A stretch of 63,536 bases of DNA, filler included, from Choristocarpus tenellus KU-1152 (Eukaryota > Protista > Phaeophyceae): NCBI GenBank assembly GCA_964200185.2. It is 12 parts of 12 records of this genome, joined end to end, with 100 filler letters (N's around TTAATTAATTAA, not from the genome) between each part and the next. Parts side by side here need not be neighbours in the genome. Positions count along the whole stretch, not along the records: positions 1 to 6,995 come from CAXNAD020006900.1; positions 7,096 to 11,551 come from CAXNAD020014471.1; positions 11,652 to 17,267 come from CAXNAD020010239.1; 9 more parts are not named here. One strand, written 5' to 3'. Made by a program: the position numbers and the translations under genes. Positions 1 through 12,049 of this stretch are shown in pieces. The notes under the pieces were generated by a model that was given only the letters and a program-made list of their open reading frames with translations, searched no databases and was not told where the DNA came from. Every line of letters begins with the position of its first letter. The stretch's first letter is position 1.

Positions 1-1139
1 TAGCCCCCCCCCCCCCAGATATTTTGGGTCAAGGGCGTAGGTGAGCAACCCAGGTATAGAAGGAGCACACTAACCCAGTGTTTGCTTTACGGTTTGTTCT
101 GAGACCTCTTCTTGAAGAGTTCTAGACGTGAATCAATCAAATACTCGTAATTACGCTTCTTCAACCGCCAAGTCCAGGAATATCTTTACCTCCTGCCTTT
201 TGTGCGCATAGAGCCTTTGGTGTAGGTAGGCCTGAAGCTAGAATTAAGAGTGTGCTCAAACAAACCTTCACCTCCTCATTGGTCCAGAGCATCCTAACGT
301 GGCTCTGGGGCCCATGTCCAATCAAATTGTTGATGCAACTTGCATTCTTGCACACTACTAAAACTCTCCTTCGACACATAGATCCTCCCTCACACGTACC
401 AACTTCCTCGAGTAACAGGGGCACTGATCCCGCTTAGGGAGGACACCTTTCACTCACGATCTCCAACTTTGCTGGTATGATAATCTTGTGGATGAGTATT
501 CCTCTTGACGAAAATATACCCCGCAGACCTTCAACCCCAATAGTAGAAAGTTTTCCTGTTGTTGCAGGAACGTTGTTGATGCATGGAGGGGTCTCTAGTT
601 CAGTTGGTGAATTTGTGATGCAGCTTCTTCACCATCGTCTGCAACGCCAACTCCTGAAACTAGCGGGTGTTAGCCAATCTTTCCCGCTCTGATCGAGTTG
701 TATGTCTTGACTCGAGATGCACCCTGTACTGGACTCACAAGATGCACCTTATGAAACCACTTCCTCTTCCTCTATGAGGATTTTCCTTCCCCCCCCCACC
801 TCGCACATCTTCATTGCTTCGATCTAGACTTTCTTCCTCCCAGTTAGTAGACACTGTCCCACCTGCTTGCCTAGACACACCTCTTTTCAACACGCACCAC
901 ATGTTCGCGTTTTCATCCTTCTTTAAACCCTTTATCAGATGTGTTAATTCTTTTGAGTTGACAGGGTCTCCTCCCCCCTGTCCCTAGTCTTCCACTATTC
1001 TCTACCAAACCTTCTCATGCGAAGGTTCCTCCTCTCCTAACAATGGTTCGAATCCCTTAAACTTTGCTAATCTTCTGGTGGTCTCACAAGGAATACCGTG
1101 CGCCTCGCTTTGAAAAACATAATACCTTTTGTGATCTAG

Positions 1140-4100
1140 ATGCGTCTCACAGTGGCCCTACTGTCTTTCGGGGCCATGGTGACGATGGCCCCGAAGTGTG
1201 GCGGCCTGAGTGCATCCCATGTTGCCAGGCTGCGCGCCACTTCATTAGGTCTCAAGGGTTCAGCAAGTTCACAATGGGGGATTCCTGCTTGTGAGCGCGC
1301 AAGAAAGGTGGGAAACAACAGCGAACAGCTTTTCGTGCCCCTCCTTATATGGGCGCGTGCGTTTGTCATCGAGAATTTTTGCACCAAAGCGGTTTGCTTT
1401 GTCACTGGGCCTAACCGTATTTTTTTGACGTAGATTTCGTGACATTGTGATCCTTTGCCGTTCCTGCCTACCATGCACCCTGCTCAGCGCTCTTGAACTC
1501 ATTCAACTGGCAATGGACTAAGGTACACACTGAGACTATCATGCTGTTACCTCGCCCTTCTCCCACACACCCCTCACACACTATGCTGCTGTCAGCCTTG
1601 GAGATTCATTGAGCAGCAACACTCTTGCCAGGCCCTCCGAAGCAGGCACCTTCGCAGGTCATGTCCCGGTTCGGGACCCCTCTGGGCTAACCCTACCCCT
1701 CACGATGAGCACAACCACAACCATGATCACTCCACATATGGGGGTGTGGCCGGTTCTTCGGGAGTTGATAAAGTAGACATCAATAGGGTCAACCTGGGGG
1801 AGTTGGATGGACTACATGACCCTGCCCTACTGTCTTCTCATGGAGGACATAGCCATTGTGGAGCAGGGCACAGTCATGCTCACTTTCACTTGGATGTTAA
1901 AAGTCTCAAGGCCAAACCAACCCTTATAAGGTTGGTTAAGACAGAAAATGGCAACGTAGTGTGTGTCTTTTGAGTGGGAGTGGAGAAGAAAAAGGAGAGA
2001 GGTTTGTCATCTTGGCAAGGCTCAGGGTAGGCTGTAACCTGTAACATTAGGGTTCATTTTCATTGTATTTGCCGTCCATCTGCTGTGATGATTTGACATA
2101 ATTGTCAGAGCATCCACTTGTTCTGCATGTGGTGGCAACGACCACTTTCTGCAATATTGATACATCCCTGCACTACCCTGTTCCTATAATGAAATTAGCC
2201 AACCTTCACTGTTGACATCTGCCCAATCTTGCCCTCTAACCACCCTCAGTCAATTCCAAGTCCCCCTCCCCCATGCTCCCCCTTCCCTCTCCACCTTTGT
2301 GATACCCCCCATTTACATGGACCTAACACATCCTTTGTGCACCCCTGCAGTTCCTCTATCACTCTATGCTGAACTACTGCCTCCTCTCCCACTGAACATA
2401 CATGTCTCTGTTTGGAAAAGGCTTGTTCTTGCAGCAACATGTGTGCTTGCCCTTCCCTTATGGCGTCGGAGCAGTCGACTGGAGTGGGGTGCGCTGGGGG
2501 GCGTGTGCTTATTCCTGGGTGCAGTTGATGCTGGGAAATTTGCCATCAACCGGCTGCGTGTCAGCTTCGGGGAGCTGTGAGTGTGCTTGTTAATCCCCCT
2601 TCATGTGAAATTGAACTGGGCCTATTTTGAACCAAGAACAACCCCTGTGTTCGTTCTTGCTCCCATTTCACTTTTTGTGTTGGGGCTCCATGAAGCATTA
2701 CCACTACTGTGTTTCTGTTGTCTCCATGATTTTTACTCTTTAACTGTATTCTGGATGACTCTTGATCCATCCAGTAGAACCCCAGCACAGTTGTCAGGAG
2801 TTCACGCTGACATGTGTTGCATCTGTGGGGTACAGAGGTCATACAAGTACTTTTGCAGAATGTTATTTATAGTGTGGAGAGTCCATGTCAATACTTCATG
2901 GTCAGATGAGGTAGTGCGGTGCTATGTACAATGTGGATGGGTGAGGTGAAAGGACCCACAGACGCAGAGTTTGGGTAAGAATTAAATTTATATCGTACTT
3001 TGCCAAAGGGTCACACCCTTCAGGTTGCATGGCGGTCTCATGATGAGTGTTACACTGTCTTGTGGGTGGAGATGCCCTGGGCCTTCTTCATGTGTATCTC
3101 ATGAGCACACTTGAATCAGCTTGAGATAGCCTCATAGAAGAGGAGTATGGTAGCACTAATGAAAAATTCAAGTTGCGTACAATGATCGAGTTCTTCTAGG
3201 ACTGTATTGTGCTTGTACTTGCAAGGGAGGCGTTTTAAAGGTACGAAATGAATAGGTACAAGTGGAGTGGCATTGAAAAGATAGGATGGAAAATCGAGAA
3301 GCGTTAATTTGACTCTCTTTAAAATCAACCAAAGATGCTACCCTTGTTCATATAATTTGTTTGATTTTTTTACAGGAGTTTTTGACTCGTCTCGTAAAGA
3401 ACTGGTGACATTGTGCAGATCCTTGTTAGGTAGTCTCTGGTACAAAATGCACTTCACAACCCTAGCATGATGAATTGCTTAAGAAATGAGGTTATGTTTA
3501 GACCCTCTAGTTACTGCATACTTGTAGTTGGTTTTAATATCTGGACAAGCCTAACTTTGGATCGTTTTTTTGCTAATTTGGGTTATCTGATTCCAACAGT
3601 CATTACCTGATAACACCCAAGAGTTGTTATACACAGAAATGTCAGAGGACTAGATGGAAGCAGCGAGCCAATTGTAGAGACTATGCCAAAGAATCACTGG
3701 CACAAAAAGACACTTTGAAGTATTCGTTAAGAGTTGCAGTGAGTGATTGCACACAGAAAAAAGTTGCTTCCCTGGTAGAACCATATTGTGCCTTTCTTTT
3801 CTCAATCAGCTTTGAGGATAGATTTCGCTTCCTTCATTAGGGGCATTGTTCTATTAAATATACTACATATTACTACTAAACATTCGGAACATATTGATGC
3901 TAATGTTAATGTACACAGAAGTAGGTTTTTAGCAGCTATCCCTAGAGACAAGGCCTACAAAGTGGTGGGTATCTGTAAGTATCATCATATCGCTCCCCTT
4001 CTCTTCTATCTCCGCAGTGTCATTGAAGAGATGGGGAGAAAAAGGTATTTTTGTTAAATGGTTCTGTTTTGGAAAAGCGAAAAAAAACCCCAGCTCGCCA

Positions 4101-6185
4101 TGTGCGGTTCAGGGCAAAACACCGAGACAACCTACTGACTTTCCTACCAACAAAGTCATCCTGTGAACTATTGAGTGAAGTTTTTGTCCATTCTCAAATC
4201 GAGGTGGTGGTTGGAGATTTTTGATTTAACTCAAACAAGAATGAGGTCCTGTTTGTTTGTTGGGTTGTTTTCTTGTGTTTTTTGTTATTATCTGGGTTTG
4301 GTTCTCCCATTTGAAAAGATGCCAACGCCCATGTCACTTTAGCCTGGGGCTGGGGAGGCTGCACGTGGCCGAGGCACCAGTTATAGACGGGCAATTGGTG
4401 GATGTTGACCTCACGTCTGTTCTTCATGTACACTAGTACAATACTACTCTAAGGACGAACTTTTATTGATTGGCATGCCTGTAAAGGCACGCCTTGCAAA
4501 ATAGAGCAGTAGTAGGTGGAAAGTTTTTGTGAGACACCCAGCGGTGACCAGTGATTGCTGCGGGCTTGTGAATTACTGCGAATATTTGTACTGTTTGAGA
4601 TGTTTGCTTGATTTTGGTAGTTTCAGGTTTTTGATGTGTTCCTTGGTTGAGGGGGAGGTGAGTCTTTGTTGTGCACCAGCGGAGTATTGTAGGAAATGTT
4701 GAAAATGGTGATTTCCACAACTGTGAGGTTATTGACTTACCGGCTTTGGAATAGTGACTGTCATGTAAAAAGTAATGCAGCCATACCATGCCAAGACAAA
4801 AATTCATTTTGTGAGGAACAACTGCCAGTAAGGAGCTGTAAACATGTCCAAGCAGAGGGGTACAGCTCCCGAAGGCAAATGGCAGAAACTCATCTGTGGG
4901 TTTTGATTCTATGTACACTTTATACATTTAGAGGGGTTGTTATCTCTTCTTCAACTTGAATTGCCCCAGTGCCACTCTTGTAAGTCCTATCTTCGAACAT
5001 TTTTGTCTCAAATGTAACAAGCAAATAAGTTCAAAGTGTGTATTTTTAAAGTTAAGGTGTCTTGGCATATTTAACGGTAAGGATCATGTGTGTATTTTGG
5101 ACACAGACACAAATGGCCGCAAATGGATTCTTTTTATTGTTTACTGGCCTTTCAAATCAAAGATAGAATACTATTTGACGTAAGTAGAGTGTTACATATT
5201 TACAATTTTTGTGCATCTATTAGTCCTTAGTGGTATGTGGAAAGTTTGCAAGTGCACTTGTAGTGGTTGAGACCTGACTGCTCCATTTTTTGCTATGGCA
5301 TGCTAGGCTCTGGTGCAAGCATTGCTGTTGTTAAACTGTGTAGATGGTCCCTATTTGATTGTTGGTTAGGTATTTTGGTGTGTCTGCAGAAATGATTATT
5401 GTACAAATGCTTGTTGAATCATACTAAAGTACTACATGGTACCTTTTGTGCCTTGCTGTGTTATTGGATAAATATCTGGAAACTTTTCCAGACTTTTGCC
5501 CTTGATTTACACAGTAAGATTACTGTGCATGAAATAGTTGCAGTCACAGTCCTGTAACGTTGTGCAGGTGTAGCCTTGGAGTAGTTTAGTTTACCAGAGC
5601 AGAGCCTCCTACTCCAATCAACACTCTTGATGGCTCTGTTTTTTTCCCTGACCCTTTCCCCCCCTCTCCCATTCTGGTTGATGTTGATGATGTGGTGCCG
5701 TGAAGATATCTTGGTTGGCGCAACCACTCAGGCTTGTCAGTGAGGACCCTCAACATGGCGGAGAGGGACAGGGCTCGGGAAGTGGATGCCATTACCTGGA
5801 TAGGGGCCTTCGTCAACATTGGTCTTGCTGGCTTTAAGGTTTGGTGGGAAGGGGAGGAGTGGATGACAACAGTTAAAAAAATTAAAGATAGATGATGGCC
5901 ATGGATGCAAGGATTGAGATTGAGGAGAATCGAGTTGTGTATGTCCAGTGCTACTTGTTGCGGAGGTGTACATCTGCTTGGTCTTTGATATCATTTTGAC
6001 AAAGTTATTCTTCTTGTTACTACTCTCCGTATACCTTAGTTGTAGTTGTGGTATTGGAATTTCTTGGAAGATGTGAACGCTTTGGAGTAGCAGGGACACG
6101 TGCATCGTGATAGGGATAGATCATTGCAATTATTGATCTTGAACGAGGAATTCCTAGTAAACGCGAGTCATCAGCTCGCATTGAT

Positions 6186-6219
<34 letters not shown>

Positions 6220-6995
6220 ACCTACCGATTGAATGTTTCGGTGAAGATTCCGGACCGTGGCTTGGGGGCTTCGCGGCCGCCGCGCCGTGGGAAGTTAGCA
6301 CGTTCAGTAGCAGGGAAACTATGCCATGCCTTCAAATAATGCATCTCTTTGTAGCCATGAGTTCCATGCTTCAACTTGACCTATCTATTCCTTTGCCCCG
6401 AGTCTTCTTCTTTCCCCTTTGCCACCTGGCCCCTCCCATCCTCAAACCGTTGTTGCCACCCTCCTGACATGTTGGACCAATGAGAGATTAAGGTGTCTTG
6501 GACATCCTTCACTACAGTTCCATACCAACATCCTAGAAGTTACTTCTGGCCCATGCACTGAGCATTCTACTCCTCCATCCTCTAATCGTCCTGGCATCTG
6601 CACCTGTTGCCCCTCTGTGCTTGCTGATCATGACTTTTCCCCTTCCCATGTCCCAGTTTTTTGCAGGGATTGTTGGCCACTCTGCTGCTATGATTGCAGA
6701 TGCAGGTCACTCTCTCTCAGATTTGGTGTCAGATGCAGTGACCCTGTGGGCGGTGCGCCTGAGTCGCCTCCCACCGGACGATGATCACCCCTACGGCCAT
6801 GGAAGGTTTGAGGCGTTGGGTGCCTTTGTCATCTCGGTAATGCTCCTTACTGCAGGCTATGGCATAGGCAACCACTCATATGAGACCCTGGTGCAAATTA
6901 TCCATTCGTCCAAGGCAGCAGCGGTTGGGGGGGTGGGGGGGGTTTCCGCCCATGCTCATGTGCCCACGAGGCTGACAGCTATGGCAGCAACAGTC
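1140..6995 (+). CDS. Cation diffusion facilitator (CDF / cation efflux) transporter, MMT1/MTP6/FieF-like; 6 exons, 3' truncated by contig end
   Basis: Phase-consistent GT-AG exons 1140-1307, 1596-1930, 2421-2576, 4018-4044, 5706-5838, 6657-6995. Spliced protein contains ITWIGAFVNIGLAGFK-FFAGIVGHSAAMIADAGHSLSDLVSD...PPDDDHPYGHGRFEALG, the CDF TM1-TM3 signature. N-terminus is hydrophobic then His-rich. The small exons 4 and 5 are less certain. Confidence 0.88.
6098..6296 (+). rRNA. 18S rRNA 3'-region fragment (~200 bp, pseudogenic) inside intron 5 of the CDF gene
   Basis: Contains GAACGAGGAATTCCTAGTA, GATTACGTCCCTGCCCTTTGTACACACCGCCCGTCG and the start of V9. No other rDNA sequence flanks it. 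Confidence 0.92.
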
Positions 6996-7095
6996 NNNNN
7001 NNNNNNNNNNNNNNNNNNNNNNNNNNNNNNNNNNNNNNNTTAATTAATTAANNNNNNNNNNNNNNNNNNNNNNNNNNNNNNNNNNNNNNNNNNNN
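6996..7095. other. Artificial contig linker N44-TTAATTAATTAA-N44 (first of 11)
   Basis: Same 100-bp linker at 11552, 17268, 22056, 25920, 38238, 41567, 44421, 47335, 54672 and 58508. Confidence 0.98.
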
Positions 7096-7789
7096 AGCAT
7101 GACTCAGGAAGAAAGGCACTTTTGGCGAGAAATTTTTACACGCGCACCAAACCCGTGTGAATATCTCTGGGATTTTGTACCAAATCGCCCGAATACGATA
7201 ATTACGGTACAAAAGCTATTTTTTTAGCATGTCGAAAAAAGCGGTACAAAATTGAATGGTTTTCGATTTGGCACAAAATCGGGGTAGGTACTGTAATTAT
7301 CATCAATTAAGTATGTCCTACTACCACCTTCTGCATGGATTCCCATTCAAAAAGGAGCCCTTAAAAAGTGCCGCAACATTTACAAAAAAAAACTTATGGG
7401 CACTTTCCGCGCACCATTTTGGGAAAAATCCATCCTCCATGAAATGATCCATCCGCCATTATCTTGATCCGCTGTTAGTAGCTGTCGTCAATGGTAAGAG
7501 AGGTCCCCAAAATATGTAGTATTTGAAAACTAACAAAAACCTATCGTTGCCCCCTTGAAGGTAATGCATAATATTAAAGATATATGCTCTCTAAATTTTT
7601 CCAAATTTGTGGGGGAAAACCAAAACCCAAACCAAACTATGTTACAAGGTCTAGTGCAAATGCAAGAGTTGTCGTCAAATGCTAAGACACCTCTCTAAAA
7701 TTATTAACTATTCGAAACTGCCAACTCAACAAGGTCTCCTAAAATGTTGGTCCTACAAAGTAATGCATTCACTGGTATGTTTCTAACCT

Positions 7790-8690
7790 CACATGCGGTC
7801 GGGGGGAGACGGACAGGAGGTTATAGCAGGAAGGGGGCTGTCAAATCCCGTCTACGACAGATGGTTTCTGTCACAACACAGGTAGCCCTATCCATTCAGG
7901 TCATACACTTTAAGCTGGAAAGCTGGTTAGAGGCACAGAAAGGGAACGGTGTAGCATAACTGGCAGTAAAATAGCGAATATATTAACGTTTTTCACATTT
8001 ACGACAACTGTTACTTTTTTAGGGTTAATTCTGACATGTTAATTCTTTATTGATTTTTCCCCCGACACATCTGCAAAATGTCATAGGGCATAATAATAAA
8101 TATACACACAATCAAAATTTACACACATCAACAAAATGTCAAAGGGATTATGATAAAATGACACGGTGTAGCTTCTGCTGCAGCTGAGGCGCGAAAGCAA
8201 ACCCAGTACGAGGGCTCTTTTGATCCTCGTAGTTATAATCTCAACACCTTCGTGATGGAAAGTTTGGGATGCTCGGTAAGCAAGCGGAAATTTTCTGGAT
8301 GAGCTAGCTACGCACACGGTAGGGGAGAGAGGGACTGGAGGCTGCAGCAGGAAAGGGGCAGTCAAATCCTGCCTACAACAGACGGCCCTGTCTAGATGTG
8401 TCATGCACTTTAAGCTGGAGACACCAGGGAGATGGGCAAGGAGAGGCTTGTTAGATTCTTGCGATACTTCCCTACCTCCTTACCCTGGGGTGCAGGAATG
8501 AGCTAGGCTGGAGGTACAGGAAGGTAGTGGTATAGCATAGCTGGTAGTAAAATAGTAATAGATTACTGTTTTTCACATTTATGACAACCGTTAGGTGTTT
8601 AGGAATTTTTCTGACATGTGAATAGTTTCTTCCCCTGATATATCTGAAAAATGTCAAAGGGCATAATAATAAAAAAATAGAAAAACGTCT
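7790..8690. repeat. Diverged tandem duplication (about 7790-8100 vs 8310-8690), each copy ending in dispersed repeat family C
   Basis: Shared blocks GCAGGAA.GGGGC.GTCAAATCC, CACTTTAAGCTGGA, TAGCATA.CTGG.AGTAAAATAG, TTTTTCACATTTA.GACAAC and AAAATGTCA.AGGGCATAATAATAAA. Confidence 0.75.
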
Positions 8691-8800
8691 TTCACATTTG
8701 CGACAAGTTACTCTTTGTTTTGTTCACGAATTCTGGATTATTATTTTTTTTCTATGTTTCCATTCCACCCATTCGCCTCCTCCCCATTGTACCACCACTT

Positions 8801-8962
8801 GTGACCAACCAGTGTGACGTGACCTCTTCGCCACTGATTTCCAGTCACCCCCCACATCCGATGACCAACCAATGCGACCCCATCACCACTGATTTCCAGT
8901 CACCCCCACATCCGATGACCAACCAGTGCAACCCCTTCACCACTGATTTCCGGTCACCACCC
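8801..8962. repeat. Minisatellite, about 3 x 54 bp
   Basis: Unit TGACCAACCA.TG...CCACTGATTTCC.GTCACC occurs three times. Confidence 0.85.
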
Positions 8963-9591
8963 CACCCTTCAACCCCACTCAACCCCACACCACTTACCAT
9001 TCCCTCACACCATTCAACACCATTCCACAATCATCCAAGAACACCCTTTCATCAACTACTTCACACCGTGCCTTTGAATTAGATGACATCTACCCCGCCC
9101 GAACTTGACCTCCCCCCCTGTTCCCCAGCATCCCAGTTAGTAATTTGTACTTAACTCTTCGTTCACCCCTTGACTAATTTTTCTTTTTCCTTCCTCACCT
9201 TTCCATTTCCTCTAAAATGGTACCAACAGCTTCGCGGTCTGTGGCAATCTTGCTTTTTTTCACTGTCGGCCCAGGAGAGGTATGTAACAATATATATATA
9301 TGAAATGAACGCTTATGCCAAGAGGGGTTGAAGATTTGTATGCAGGAATGTATTGACTCCAGTGAACGGGAACTATATCCAGATCAAAGAATGGCAAAAA
9401 CGCGGGGGATAACCCCGGTGCAATTTTGATAGTCACAACCTCGAAAGGTACAAAATTGAAGTGCTTGGCTGAATTCCCCGCAAAAAACTGGTCCAGAATA
9501 GGCCCTACCTACAATACGGTGCAATTGGGCCTACCAAAAAAAAATTAGCAAGATTCTCGGACATTTTTTAAACGCCTTTTACAGACTTTCT

Positions 9592-10540
9592 ATGAACACA
9601 CACACAGATGACCCACACAGCAATATGGACCATGACGGTGAGAAAATGAGAGCCGCCGAGGCCACTCTTCCCCCTGGATCTACCCTCAGCACCTCCTCTG
9701 TCGAGAGGCGACAGAAAAGCAAGTACCATGTGAGACTCAGTGCGTTGTTAGGTCACGAGAAAGTGCGTGTAATGTGGCGCAGCACCAAGATCAAATCGCA
9801 AAATGGACCACGCGGCCGCGACATTGACGCTGAGAGAAGATGCATCGAAAGCGTTACCACACAAACGTGGTTGGATCTTCAACCACGTTGGAGCACTGCT
9901 CTACAGTCTCTACTGCCTCGGCAAAGCAGGAAGAGAGCGGCGAGTCCATCACCAGGTGTTGTAGAGTAGCGAAGTCTGTGGGGAAGCCTGGTCACGGCGG
10001 GCAAAGGAAGAACCAGAGTGACCGGCCAAAGGGAAGGTTAGGGAGGAGAGCAGTGCGACTGCGTGCCATTGCGCTCAGGAAATGCCTAAGCGAAAACCTG
10101 GGTGTAGAATATCTTAGTAGTCGACAGTTGCAGCAGGTCCTAGCTGTTTGGAAGCTCTGTGAGCCAGAGTGGCTTACGAAACGAGAAAGAAGGTGTTCGG
10201 GTTGGGCTAAAAGGGCCCTGAAGCCCGAAAGAAGGTAACCCATTTCCTGTGCTCAACGAGGAAATGTGGCAGTAAAGGCTCTAACACTGCAAATCCTGTA
10301 CCTGTGTATGAACGACAGGAAAGACCTTCAAACGGCGCTCGAGATAACAGCAGGATATGCGATGGTCAGGACGGAAACTGTGAGTAAATGGGAGAGTGAC
10401 TTCCTAACTAAGGGCCAGTACAAGGTGTTGGAGCAAGGGCGTGACGAGAGGCGTTTCGTTCTGGGCGTCAACAAGGACATCCTTGTCGAGGTCAAAGAGT
10501 GGGTGTGCGAACACACAGGAAGAAAGGGTGGGGAGGCTTT
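9592..10540 (+). pseudogene. Frameshifted coding remnant, possibly the N-terminal part of a DNA transposase
   Basis: Three staggered + ORFs (9592, 9840, 10266). The segment ALEITAGYAMVRTETVSKWESDFL...QGRDERRFVL...DILVEVKEWV resembles HTH regions of eukaryotic DDE transposases, by eye only. Confidence 0.3.
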
Positions 10541-11046
10541 TTTCCTGTCTAAACTCATACTTAAATCAAGTAATAGTGTATCTGTTGCCACTCTTGGTGA
10601 CCTACAATCCGGGGTTTGAACCCCAGTATGAGCGCTCTTTCTTCAAAAAAAGAAAAATTGCGAAAAACAAGAAATGAAGCCCGTACTCTGGAGGGCATTG
10701 TGACGGGCATCACGAATATGCTTTTATTTTTTTAATCCGATATCTGCATCAAAAGTTGCGACGGGACAACCCCAGGCATATAAGCTATTGGTACCACTAT
10801 ACCACATTCCTACCAGAATTCTCCCACCCACAAAACTCAGATTACTTCATAAACCTTCGCTTTCATGAGTTCATTGGTTTTTCCACATATCGTGGGTTAC
10901 CCGATTTTATTCACCTATGGCATGCCCGAAAAAATCGGAACAAAATTGATGTGGTGCAAAATCCCATTTGTACCATTTTGGTACAAAACCGGGCATCCGA
11001 ATATGTGCCAAATGGTACAATATCGGGAGAAATTTGGAAGCAGGAT

Positions 11047-11261
11047 TGCACACGTCTGACAACTACGACTAGTAATTGTGGCAATCGTAATCGTTGAGCT
11101 AATTTTGGAGAGTTTCAAGAATTAGTCGTAGAATCGACTAATAATCGTGGCATTCCTGGGAAATCAATCGTCGAAGCAACTAACAATCGTCAGTTTATTT
11201 TTCGACACCAATGATCGTGTTTAAATCGTTATTACGATTAAATAATCGTCAGACATGTGCA
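11047..11261. mobile_element. MITE-like element, ~215 bp, 14-bp terminal inverted repeat
   Basis: TGCACACGTCTGAC (11047-11060) vs GTCAGACATGTGCA (11248-11261), 1 mismatch. Interior is rich in AATCGT. Confidence 0.6.
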
Positions 11262-11694
11262 GCGTTGTGAAAAGACGAAATACCGAATCGACGCAAAGAC
11301 GCGCTATAACATGATTGTAACTGTACGCCACATACTCCACAGGTCAGTGGATACGTCTCGTGATCCTTACAAGCTTCATGGATAGGATGGAAAGATTGCG
11401 AGCGCTTTTTTAAAATGATGTTTATGTGTTAATGCGCATCTCCCGCCTTGCCATACGGAAAGAGAATACTGTGTGTACCTTCTACCTCAGAATCTCTTCA
11501 GATTTTCTCAAACATATTGTCACTCTCCTGGCGTAATCTTACTGTGATGCANNNNNNNNNNNNNNNNNNNNNNNNNNNNNNNNNNNNNNNNNNNNTTAAT
11601 TAATTAANNNNNNNNNNNNNNNNNNNNNNNNNNNNNNNNNNNNNNNNNNNNGGTGAAAAATGGACACCAACACCCCCCCCAGATACTTTGACCC

Positions 11695-11950
11695 TTAGCC
11701 CTCCTCCCAGAAGGTCTTGCCCTCTCCCTGACTCGAACAGTCAGTCAGGGTACATTCGCTCACTTCGCGACCGAACCCTGTGCATCTTGCACATCTTCTA
11801 CCTTGGTCGTCATCTCCCCCCAGCCTTGTAGCCCAGTCGAGGTCAGGGCAGTCATACTTGGTGTGGTCATCTTTGCCACACAAAAAACAGACTACACAGC
11901 CCTTTCCTCGACCCTTTCTGCCAGCAGCTTTACTACTTGGCCCCCTTCCT
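11695..11950 (-). mobile_element. Gag/ORF1-like fragment with CCHC zinc knuckle
   Basis: CFLCGKDDHTKYDC (CX2CX4HX4C) followed by a second, degenerate knuckle CARCTGFGREVSEC. Confidence 0.6.
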
Positions 11951-12049
11951 GTAGCAAGAGGGCATAATCATTCGGTTATTGCCATCCATCTCCACGATTG
12001 GAGAGGTTAAGCGCTGATGCAGCTGCCACACCGTCTCCTATGTTACCAT

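Noticed and set aside
161-1060. Possible minus-strand coding sequence upstream of the CDF gene
   Set aside because: Interrupted by stops, with no motif and no consistent splice model.
6098-6296. Functional rRNA gene
   Set aside because: Only ~200 nt, with no ITS or rest of the 18S.
8801-8962. CRISPR-like periodicity here, at 18180-18470 and at 23640-24350
   Set aside because: No unique spacers, no cas genes, eukaryotic context; these are ordinary tandem repeats.
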